Positions 37,899-49,595 of a stretch of 64,000 nt of DNA are shown here, piece by piece (the first letter of the stretch is position 1; every line of letters begins with the position of its first letter). Where the stretch lies: the NCBI GenBank assembly GCA_030704615.1, contig CM060732.1:38068001-38132000 (forward strand), written 5' to 3'. Origin of the DNA: Takakia lepidozioides. Lineage: Eukaryota > Plantae > Bryophyta. The notes under the pieces are model-generated. The model made no database searches and was not told where the DNA came from. It saw nothing but the letters and a program-made list of their open reading frames with translations. The position numbers were made by a program, and so were the translations under genes.

Positions 37899-39080
37899 TG
37901 TCGAGCGGCTTTTACTCACCCATCCCTTCGTTATCCGAGGTGGGAACTCCAAGATAGAAGAGTTGGATATCTCTAAGCACTCAGCCCGCTCAGAACAATC
38001 AGTCATGACCTACAGCTAGTGAATCATGGTTGTGCTTCATGTTTGTATTTCTTCTTGCCTTCATGTTAGCAAATTACCTTACTGTGTATACTGAAGCATC
38101 AGATTGCTTCAGTATCTATTAGGTTCCATTCACTCATCCATTCATTCCACAGCTTCACTCAAGTCTCTCTACACAGTGTGATTGTATCGAATAAGTATCA
38201 GATTAAGATTTATCAGGTATCACGCCGAAGCCTTGGTGTCTCTAATCTGCTCTACAGTATCACTACAGCTTTGCATGTAACGAACATCTACTGATAATCT
38301 CTCCTCCTTCACCGTGCTCGCTGTATCGGGCTGTGACTGACTGTGCGAAGGTGTGTCGGGCTATGTCAGACTATGTCTGGCTGTGATAGACTATGACGGG
38401 CTGTGTAAAGCTGTGTCGGGCTGTGACTGGCTGTGCGAAGCTGTGTCAGGCTGTGTCAGACTGTGTCTGGCTGTGATAGACTGTGACGGGCTGTGTAAAG
38501 CTGTGTCGGGCTGTGACTGGCTGTGCGAAGCTGTGTCGGCTGTGTCACACTGTGTCTGGCTATGATAGACTGTGACGGGTTGTGTAAAGCTGTGTCGGGC
38601 TGTGACTGGCTATGCGAAGCTGTGTCGGGCTGTGTCTGGCTGTGATAGACTGTGACAAGCTGTCTACCCCCCCTAAAGCCTGCGCTTGCCACCCCTAAGG
38701 CTCCTGTTGGTCTCAGTCTACCATTTATAAGTCTGCGCAAAAATTAAGGGTACCCCACAGAACCCGTAAAAGCGTCCAAGTCCCAAGCAGCCCTCTAACA
38801 TTACCCCTTCCCCTCTCAAAAAGCCGTGTCCTCACGGTTTACTGTTTGGGATCAGCAAACCTTTGTGAGCGAGCACCCTTCTGTCGGTGAGAGTCTCGTG
38901 AAGGACTCCGTGTGCGAGCCTGAGTCCTATCACTGGCTGGAGGCGATGAGACCTGGAAATGTCTGACCCTCCTTTGGCTGATAACGAGGTAACCTCTCAG
39001 GCTCTGCCACCTGAAGTGCATAGTCCTCTGCCATGTCAAAAGAGTCCTCTGAAGAACCAGTAGTATCAGAATCCTCGTCC
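37899..39080 (-). mobile_element. Ty3/gypsy 3' LTR (37899-38800) with PPT and a short internal remnant
   Basis: The minus strand GAGGACACGGCTTTTTGAGAGGGGAAGGGGTAA|TGTTAG is a typical gypsy PPT/LTR junction. A TGTCG edge interrupts the PPR frame at 37899. Confidence 0.7.
38320..38663. repeat. CTGTG-based minisatellite inside the LTR
   Basis: Iterated CTGTGTCGGGCTGTGACTGGCTGTGCGAAG... with a higher-order period of about 90 bp. Confidence 0.9.
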
Positions 39081-39299
39081 CCCCTTAGGTGTTTTAACGG
39101 CCAAACTTTAAGTGGCTTCTCGGGAATCCTGCGTGGCATACAATGTGGGCCCACCATGTCTGGAAGTTTAAACTGTACGACTTGCTGTAAGCGCTTGCAA
39201 GCAAAATTAGTGAACGCCCTGAACTCCTTAGCCGTATAGGTGAGAGGTGTGTCAATGACTTTGGAACAGAGTAAGTATTTCCAGGCTTCATGTCCCTCA

Positions 39300-40068
39300 A
39301 CATAACGACGAGTCTTTGGCAGTTAAATTCCAACATGCGGGAGTCATTACATACTTTGCTGTGAATGCACATGAGCTAGAGGGTTACACTCGCTGGTGGA
39401 ATGGGGGAACAATACGCGACATGTTGAACCTTGACAAAAAATGGGGAAGTGATTGGAACAATAGGAAGATTCAAAGACAGCCGGGAACGAAAGAACATTA
39501 CCAGGAAATCGATCGCTTGATTCATTTCCGGAGAGAGCGCAGCAAACTTGCATGGGCACTAGTGAGCATTATGGATGTTGTCCATAAGAACCATGTCATG
39601 CACAACAACTTGTCCCCCGACATCATCTTGTTGCATTTTCCACATGACACCGATGAGGTTAAGATTGGAGTGTGTGATTGGGGGTTGGCCACCTCAATGG
39701 AGATACGCAAAACCTCGTCGTACCAGCTTGAAAACAAAGACAAAATGACACGGGCTCTCAAACATAGATGGTGGATGGAACCTGCAATTGTCATGGCTTT
39801 TAACAATGAAAACAGCCAGGTGGATGACACACCACACATGCACACCCGGGACATGACCTCGGAGGCCTTTGCAGTAGGGAAGATAGCGGTAAGAATAAAT
39901 GGCGACGATTCGTATGATGCCAGTCTTTTCAAGGATCAATACACGGGCCTATGTTGGGATTCCGCCCTACGAGGGTTATATAATAGCACGGTCCCGTCCG
40001 AGAGGCTCACATTAGCCCAAGTAGTGTTCCGCTTCATGAACAAACCATTCAGTTGGGTAGAGCCCTGA
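39300..40068 (+). CDS. Atypical protein-kinase-like ORF (5'-truncated, likely pseudogene or TE cargo)
   Basis: Catalytic-loop-like VHKNHVMHNNLSPDIILLH, DFG-like IGVCDWGLA, and C-terminal ERLTLAQV. The catalytic Asp and Asn positions are altered. Confidence 0.6.
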
Positions 40069-40477
40069 GACATCTATAGGATGGAATAGACCATAGTTGC
40101 ATACATACTAATTTTGCGGCCGTAGCATAGTACAGTTCAAAGACAAAAGTGAATTTTGATTGTGCATGTACTGTGTACTCTCTCACTGTTCCAATGTTCC
40201 AATGTTCCATGATATATAGAAAAGAAATAACTGTATGTTAATTAAAATTACAATAGAAGTTTTCCAACAAGTGATTCACAGCTCGTTCCGAATGGTTCGA
40301 CTCCTCCGCTAAAATATCTTTACTGTTTGACTTCTGATACATCTCTTGCTCCTTGGCAACCGCTCCTCAAATGATAAACTCAAAATTTGCATCATTTTAA
40401 AAGAAACTAGCCTTCCTTAGACATTTTATGTGTGAAAACTAATAGTTGCGGGGTGGGTTGATGATTCAGGCTCCAAC

Positions 40478-42010
40478 AATGGCGATTTTGAAACAATTTT
40501 TATCTGGGGACTCGAACTCTCTCCGAAGAGGGAGAGCGGGACGGGTTTGAAACCTTTATTATCTTTTCCTTTTTAGTTTTCCTCTCCCCTCCCGGAGACC
40601 CAAACTCCCTTCTATAAATAGAAGTAGTGTTTGTTTGGTCGGGTCTGATCCGAAGTCCTCTTTAGAAAAAACTAAAGAGACCCAAACTCCCTTCTATAAG
40701 TAGAAGTATTGTTTGTCAAGTCGGGTCCGATCCGAAGTCCTCTTTAGAAAAAGCCAAAGAGACCCAAACTCCCTTCTATAAGTAGAAGTAGTGTTTGTCT
40801 GGTCGGGTCCGATCCGAAGTCCTCTTTAGAAAAAGCCAAAGTGCGGTCCTCTGAGGTGCAGCAAGTATCCAATCTTTGCCCACCGATATGCCAACGCAGG
40901 CTCCAGGTCCTTCCAAGGCTTGTTAGATTAATAGAACAATCCACCTTGCACCGACCATACCTTGCAGCATCACTAGGGGATTCGAGCCCAATCCGGTGGG
41001 GGAGAATGGCGGATTTGAAAGAATTTTTATCTGGGCACTCGAACTCTCTCCGAAGAGCGAGAGGCGGACGGGTTTGAAACCTTTATTATTTTTTCCTCTT
41101 TATTTTTCTTCCCTCCCATATCTTGCAGCATCACTAGGGGATTCGAGCCCAGTCCGGTGGGGGAGAATGGCGGATTTGAAACAATTTTTATCTGGGGGCT
41201 CGAACTCTCTCCGAAGAGGGAGAGCGGGACGGGTTTGAAAAATTTATTGTCTTTTCTTTTTTAGTTTTCCTCTCTCCTCCCGGAGACCCAAACTCCCTTC
41301 TATAAGTAGAAGTAGTGTTTGTCTGGTCAGGTCCGATCCGAAGTCATCTTTAGAAAAAGCCAAAGTGCGGTCCTCTGAGGTGCAGCAAGTATCCAATCTT
41401 TGCCCACCGATATGCCAATGCAGGCTCAAGGTCCTTCCAAGGCTTGTTAGATTAATAGAACAATCCACCTTGCACCGACCATACCTTGCAACATCACTAG
41501 GGGATTCGAGTCCAGTCCGGTGGGGGAGAATGGCGGATTTGAAAGAATTTTTATCTGGGCACTCGAACTCTCTCCGAAGAGAGAGAGGTGGACGGGTTTG
41601 AAAAAATTATTATCTTTTCTTTTTTAGTTTCCCTCTCTCCCATATCTTGCAGCATCACTAGGGGATTCGAGCCCAGTCCGGTGGGGGAGAATGGCAGATT
41701 TGAAACAATTTTTATCTGGGGGCTCGAACTCTCTCCGAAGAGGGAGAGCGGGACGGGTTTGAAAATTTTATTATCTTTTTCTTTTCATTTTTCCTCTTTT
41801 CTCACGGAGACTTAAGCTCTTTTCTCCCTCCTGAATTTTTATCCTCATAGGCTCAAAGAATATAACAATCAACCTTGCACCAACCATATTTTTCAGCATC
41901 GCTAGGGGATTCGAACCCATCCAATGGGGGAGAATGACGGTTCTGAAACATCTTTTATCTAGGGACTCAAACTCTCTCCGAAGAGGGAGAGTATGACATG
42001 TTTGAAACTT
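40478..42010. repeat. Compound higher-order tandem repeat upstream of the Helitron ORF
   Basis: ~160-bp unit A x6, ~82-bp unit B x4 and ~115-bp unit C x2, forming a 524-bp higher-order duplication. Confidence 0.9.
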
Positions 42011-42198
42011 TTATTTTCTTTATCTATTTCTTTTTCATCGTTCTAGACAAATGATTTCCATCAAAGATAATTATTTTTATGAAAAAAACATCTAGACCTA
42101 TACAACAATTATCTATTTTATCAAAAGACCAATGTCCTATGCGAATACAATTATTTATTTGTAAACATATCTCTAGATGTCTATAACTTCAACTTAAC

Positions 42199-45100
42199 AT
42201 GACAAAAGAAACTGCTAATGATAAGAGACGAAGAAAGTATGCTTTAAATAAAGAAAAACTAAATGATGAATGACGGAAAAGATATAAATAACCGACTCCC
42301 CATCCAAAAGTTACAAATGCTAAGCGAAGAGAAAAATACAGATGTGAACATGCACCACAAACCACGGGAATAGAATCCCATCCGCCTCCCGATCCGGACG
42401 AAACAAATGCTAAACGAAGGGACAAATACAGATGTGACATCCACCACAAACCACTGGAATAGAATCCCATCCGCCTCCCAATCCGGACGAAACAAATGCT
42501 AAACGAAGGGACAAATACAAATCTGAACATCCACCACAAACCACGGGAATACAATCACATCCGCTTCCCGATCCGGACGAAACAAATGCTAAACGAAGGG
42601 ACATATACAGATCTGAACATCCACCACAAACCACGGAATACAATCCCATCCGCCTCCCGATCCAAACGAAGCAAATACTAAACGACGGGAAAAATACAGA
42701 TCCGAAATTCCACCACAAACCACGGAAATAGATCCAGACGAAACAAATGCTAAACGAAGGGGAAAATACAAATTCCAGAAAAAACAAGAACCACTGATCA
42801 AAAGATCAAACATGTGCTACAAAAACTCAAAAATATATCGCAATCGAAAATGACGAGAAAGAAAAACTCAAAAGAAAACGAGAACAAATGTATTGCACTC
42901 GTGCAAAAAAGCCAAAGCATAATCTGTTCCCACCAGAAATATGCTTGAAAAACAACTTGTTTTGCTTATCCAACTTCAACGAATACATCGGCAATGCGAC
43001 TTTCACCAATCAGTATTGTTGTGTTTGCAGCAGAGACGTAGCAACCTCTAATATGTTCAAATGGAGAATCGATGAATTACAAAGCGACGTCTTGAAACAC
43101 ATGAAAAAATGGCTAAACCTACAAGTAGAAAACCACTTCGAAGAACATGTTCTCTTAGAAGACGTTCCCCAAGAATTGATCAATGACACAAAACATCAAC
43201 TGGACGAATTAAATGGGTTGTTATTGTACAAACGAGAAGTATCAAATACTGCACGTACAATCTTCATTTGCAAAAAATGTAGTTCCACCTTGAAAAAGAA
43301 CAAGATGCCAAAATTTGCACTCACTAATGGTTTGTGGATTGAAAAAGTTCACGACATTTTGCCAAAGATAACCATGGTTGAAGAAGCATTAATAGCAAGA
43401 TATCGTTGTCGTGTCATGTTGTTCAAATTACGATATGTAAATAAGGGCGGAAAGGGACAACGCGCATTGAGAGGAAATTTGGTGAGTTTTGCTCAAAATC
43501 CAGGCCGTGCAGTCGAATTGTTGAACAAATTGTCACCTCCTTTAGATTCATTATCAGATATGGTCGCCGTCCACTTTGTCGGCACTTCACATCCACCCAT
43601 TAATGTCGTAAAAACATGTAATTTGCTATACGTACGTAGACTTGCTGTGACGACCTGGTTAACGTGGCTGAAAAACAATCACACGAGTTACAAGGACATT
43701 CAAATTGATAACGATATATTGGATGGACTACCAGAGAACAATATTCCACCATCAATCTTGAGATCGGTGTTTGAATCCACTGACATTGACTTCGTCAACG
43801 CTGAACATCGTACCAACATAACTGATTTGCACAACAAAAAAACACCAATTAACAAAGACGACGATACGATCCAGCCCGTCATAGATACCTCCGGACTCAT
43901 CGATTTTGACGGAATAGACATAAAGCACAACGACTTAATCTCCAACGCTTTAAATGGATTGCAACTACAACAAAACATGTACTTGTCATACACACACGAA
44001 ACCGAAATGGTGAACGAATACGCAAACCCAAAACTAATTGCGTGCATGTTTCCAACGTTATTTCCGTTTGGAATCGGCGTAACCGAAATGAAAAACCATC
44101 CAATCAAAGTAACTTTAGAGGCCCACGTTGAGTATTTGATGACTCTCATTGATATCCATCACGACTTTTCGAAACACCACCTATTTTCATTCTTCATGTT
44201 CAATCTGATGCAACGTAGACAAATATGCCTGGGCGCAAAACTGACAGTGTCGATATCATCATTTCAAAGTGAAGCACAACTCCTCAACAATATCCGTTCA
44301 GAAGACTTCAACGACATAATAGAGGACGTGACAACAATAAACAACAAACCGGAAATTCAAAAGTTATTGCGTCATTTGAAAGTATCAAGTAAACAAGTGA
44401 TGGCATCTGGGAGCAGCCGCGCAACACAGAGAAACGAAATATTCAGCATGATGCAACAGTTGGGAACACCAAACTTATTCTTCACTTAAAATCCAGCATT
44501 TGTACATCATCCTCTTGTGTCCCTGCTAAGTGGGAACGACATCGATCTTGACATTTTTTTCGACGAAAACCTCCCAGACCACAATGAAAGACGTGCAATT
44601 GCCACTACGAATCTGAGATCTCAAGCTAAATTTGTACACATCATCGTGAATGCAGTTTTTAAATACCTACTACGTGTCAGAGAGACCGCCAAAACTTCCA
44701 CAACAAATACGAGAGTATTTGGGAACATTAACGCATATTATGGTTGTTACGAAACGGCGAAAAATGGTTCACTTCACATACACGCATTCCTGTGGCTCGA
44801 AAATGCCCCAAATCCAAACGAACTCGTACAAAAACTGAAAGATGACGAAGAATTCAAACGAAAAATATTGGCATATTTGGACAACATCATAGTACGCGAC
44901 TTGATCCAATTCAAATCCGAAATACCGGTTGACGACGACATTCCAACCACTACCATTGACCCCGACATCAAAGAAAACAATGTAAACACTGAAATCCATC
45001 CATGCACTACCAGACCTCCCGATGTTCATTCTAAAACATTTCATGCCGACTTTGCGCGCAACGTCTCGAAACTATTGAATGTATGCAATCGCCATGTGTG

Positions 45101-48100
45101 CAATCCCGCGTGCTATAAAACCGACGAAGATGTTTTCAAAAATAATTGTAGATACAGATTTCCCGCTGTCTTGGTTAACGCATTGGGCTGCTGCACATAA
45201 AACGAACCGACAGATGGTTGAACAATGCAAATCCATGGATGTTAGTATTAGGAAGATGCAACCACGACTTGAAGTTCATCGGTGCTTCAGGGAAAGACGC
45301 AAATGCACTGATATACTACATCACGGATTACATCACAAAATCTTCTGTCTACACATTACACATGTATTCGCTCTTGCAAATAGCTGTAAAAAAAATCCAA
45401 ACGACTTATGACGATCTATATTCCGAACATTCAGTCGACAAGAGCCGAAAATTGTTGATTCGATGTTTGAACATGATCAGATCCCAACAAGAGATATCGG
45501 CAAACAAGGGGAGTCAGTTACCTGAGGAAATATCCAGACCATTTGACAGACCACCAGTTTGCATATCTGCCGTGGTATAGTTTATCAGCATGGATCCGTG
45601 AACAAGAACAATTTCGATCGAACAAAGATGGAAACAACGATCTGAACAACACACCTAACGATAACGACCCCGAAAACACCTTCGAAACGTTCAAAGTCGA
45701 ACAGAACGACAAGTTGATTATGTATAATTTCCGCATCGACTACCAAAGCAGGCCACACAAGTTCGGGGAAATGTCACCTTACGAGTTCTGCAGCAAATCG
45801 TGCAAGATGAAAAGCCCGTACTACTACAAATTCATGCATGAACATCTGCAAAATTACACCCACAGTGTATACGAATCCCAGGTAACCAAAATGCCGGTAA
45901 TACAGGGTTACAAAATACCTTCGAAAAAAAATGATGCGGCAACGTACGCTCGCGCTATTTGTATTCTGTTCATGCCATAGAGATCTATCCACGACTTAAA
46001 GCCAAGATCACAACAAAGTTGGGAAGACACTCTCGACGAACTATATCCAATATGTTCGGAATTCAACAGAAAAATCATCGCAAATATCGACATGCTCCAC
46101 GAATGCAAAGAATCACGAGACTCCGACAGACTGTTACTGAAGAACGAAAATCCAGATGATGATTACGAGAATCCAGAAGACATCAACATCGACCCCTTAT
46201 ACAATGAGATGCCAGACGAAATGCACGATGACGATGACGACGATATATATGTGGACGACAATTCAGCGTCGCAACAACATACAGAAGACATAGTCACAAA
46301 AGGCTAGAAATTACAAATCGAACATCTCATGTGCAATACAAGCGAAAATCAATATATGACCGAGGTTTTCCAACAAGCTCGTTACGGATGCCAACGGGAA
46401 AATATCACCACAACACCATACCGCACCAAAAAAAGGAATGATCCAAACTGCAACAAAAAAAATCAAATAGAACCCAAATCAATAAATGGTTAAAAACATT
46501 ACGTGAATCCAAAAATCCGCCCACCGGCATTGACAACGACATGTACGAGTTTGCAAATGCAACTCAGTCATCCAAAAACATTAACCTCCAACACAAAAAT
46601 CCAAAATTGAGAGAAATTCCAAAAACCGAATCAATGGATATCACAGATGATGATGTAGATCATGATATCGTGCACAATGGAGATCAACATCAAATAGCTA
46701 AATATTTTATGATAAAAAAATACAAGCTCAACACTTCGCAAGAATCAGCATTTGAACATTTCATAGATCCACAAAATCACCATCTCAATGGAAGTAAATA
46801 AACGTTAATGTATGTAGGAGGTGTTGCTGGAACGGGAAAGACAAAAATAATTAAAGCAACCCAAACGTACTTCATAAAAACCAAGAGACCCAAAATACTG
46901 AAAATCGGTGCCTACACAGCAAACGCCGCAACCCTCATAGGGGGATCAACCATCCACGCTCTATTGAGACTGAAAATCAGCCAGAGTGTCAACGAATCCG
47001 ACACAAAAAGTTTCATAAACGAATGGTCCGGGACAGACTATTTGATTATAGACGAAGTATCTATGGTCGGATGCAACATGATCGCCGATATCCTTCTGAA
47101 GTTACAAAAATTCAAATCGAACATGTTACCATTCGGAGGACTCAACATAATGTTCATGGGTGATTTCATGCAGTTTCCACCAGTCACTGACGCGCCTCTA
47201 TATTCAACGAACATACAACCCATATTCACATTCACAAAATACACCAAAAAAAAAATTATAGGCAAGAGCCTATAGGAAAATTACATACGGCCTAACACAA
47301 TCATTTTGACCCAGCAAATGAGACAAGCCCACGATCTACAATATGCAAAATTGCTACAGAATCTACGTCCAGATAACTTCACCCAAACAGACTTCGAACT
47401 ATTACAGACAAGATTCATGTCGAATATGAAAATCAACTCTTCAACGAACCATGAGATAAAGCAACGTACATTGCACCTCGAAACCAATTAAAGAACGTCA
47501 TCAATCACCAAATGATAGAATACTACACACTTAAATCTAATCACACGTCCTACACCAGAGTAGCCACAGACACCTATAAAAAACACGCACTCCGCGGCGA
47601 GTTCCAACTCGCAATCCGACAGACCGTACCCGGGAAAAGAAGCCACAATCTTCTTCCATTTTTGAGATTGTACAAAGGAATGACAGTCATGCTAACCGAC
47701 AATTTGTATCCTAGATTGGGGCTTGTAAACGGTGCAGTCGGACAAATAGTGGGGATCTCGACAATAGAAGATGATTGGATCATACGGGAAGATAATTTAA
47801 TGCACCCGCCAAATCACGTATTAATCGACTTCGGGGAATTCATCAGTCAACACCAAACATTGAGCAATATAAATTTAGAAAATCTCCCAGAAAACGTAGT
47901 GCCCATCACACCCGTTTCAAGAACGTTCGATTATCACCACACGGAGGATGAACTGAAAAAACCAAAGAAATTCAAAATTTGCAGACGTCAATTGCCTCTG
48001 ATACCCGCATACTGCCTAACCGACTACAAAGGCCAAGGCAAAACTTTCGAAAAGATAATCATTGACTTGCAAAAACCACCAGATGGACACCCATTGAACA

Positions 48101-49049
48101 TGCACAACATTTACGTCACACTGTCTCGTTTGTGTTCCCTACAAGGACTAGTAATACTTCGGGACATTAAGTTCGAAGACATCCAAGGAGCCAAATTCAA
48201 GACAGGCTCACTAGAGTTCATGACTCCACAAGCCGATTGTAATGTCCAAAAACAAAAATCACACAAGACCACGGAACACATCAGCACAGTGAATACAAAC
48301 CTTGCCGCCAAAACGCTCCAACCAAGACACACGTATAGAGAATTAAAAATGCCAACCAATTCTGAAGCCAAACATCCCACACCGATAGAATCAAATGAAA
48401 ACCAAACTTGCTCAAAATTGGCTCCCACACCGCTCGAAATCATAGATTTCAATTCCGAAGACGAACAATGCGACACAGAAAACACAGATTTGCGTCAAGA
48501 AACATATTGGCATGAAGATCTCATATTGACAGCGCACGACGAACAAATCATCTTGGATGACAATGGATGGTTGTGTGACCAGTATTTGGCGGCCGGGATG
48601 CAAATACTATTGATCAGGAACTGGAAACACAAAACTACCAGCAACATGCGTATTCGACTCTACTAGGCAGAATGAAATACACCAAGAAGTGTTTGCAGCA
48701 CGTGTTCGTCAACAACAACCATTGGATTCTAACAATGATAAATCCGAACGAAACGAATTGTCAATGTACGGTGTTTGATTCCAGCATGCCCGCGGATAAG
48801 CGGCTACTGAGCGAAATAGAACAACATCTCGCGAAATTAATCCCAGTCCCACAATTTAATTATATCTATGTCGATGTCATGCAACAGACTGACGGTTCAT
48901 CCTGTGGCGTATTTGCAATAGCTTATGCCATGGATATAGCATTCAGATTAAATCCCGCACATTCCCGATACGCAACATCCGCCATGAGAACCCACTTGAG
49001 AGATTGCATAAACAATCGAAGAATTGAGCCATTTCCAAAACAACATTAA
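42199..49049 (+). pseudogene. Helitron Rep/helicase polyprotein, disrupted: N-terminal repeats, DUF6570-like region, HUH Rep, PIF1 helicase, C-terminal Ulp1/C48-like peptidase
   Basis: PKFALTNGLW; YGCYETAKNGSLHIHAFLW (HUH); YITDYITK; GVAGTGKT; IIDEVSM; FGGLNIMFMGDFMQFPPV; RRQLPLIPAYCLTDYKGQGKT; YVTLSR; then WLCD, NNHW, VFDS and QQTDGSSCGVFAIA. Multiple stops and frameshifts. Confidence 0.92.
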
Positions 49050-49560
49050 ATTTAAAATGGTGTAGTGTGCGTGGTGCTGGTTTGCTATTGCGTGGGATCC
49101 AGCCCGATGTTGGGAGTGCCATAGGTGTGTGCGTCGGTATTTGTTGTTTCCTTCGAGGCTCAGTGTCGGGAAGCTATGGAGGGCTTGGGTTTCTCGATTT
49201 TTCTGGATGTTTTTTTTTCTTTCCTTATTTTGGGAGGGCGATCAGTGCAGCTACATGGGGTGGTTATTTGATGTGATGTCTGATGCTTGGGGACGGACTT
49301 GGGGACAGACGAACGGACGGAGGGAGGGAAGGGGAGGGAAGGGGAGGGGGGGGGGGGGGTGTCTGCATACCGGGCAGAAAAGGGGGTTCAACTCCCCCTC
49401 ACTTCTTGGGCATAGATAGGGATATGCCTATGACGGTTATACTTCTGCATAGTTCCTCATGTTTTCTGCATAGTATATATTTCCAATTTTCAAAAGAATC
49501 ACTGTATGCGTGGCGATGACCCACCCCTTTTTGTGCCAATTGAACGTAGTTCTCAGAAGT

Positions 49561-49595
49561 CGTCGCTAGCAGTGCGGAGCAACGTGAAGCCCTAG
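49561..49595 (+). mobile_element. Candidate Helitron 3' terminus
   Basis: Imperfect hairpin CGTCGCT...AGCAACG, then 8 nt, then CTAG followed by T. Confidence 0.5.

Noticed and set aside
38287-38300. A|TCTACT as the Helitron 5' end
   Set aside because: It lies inside the gypsy LTR at 37899-38800.
40478-42790. CRISPR-like or true tRNA array
   Set aside because: There are no unique spacers or cas genes, the context is eukaryotic, and no full cloverleaf or A-box could be built.
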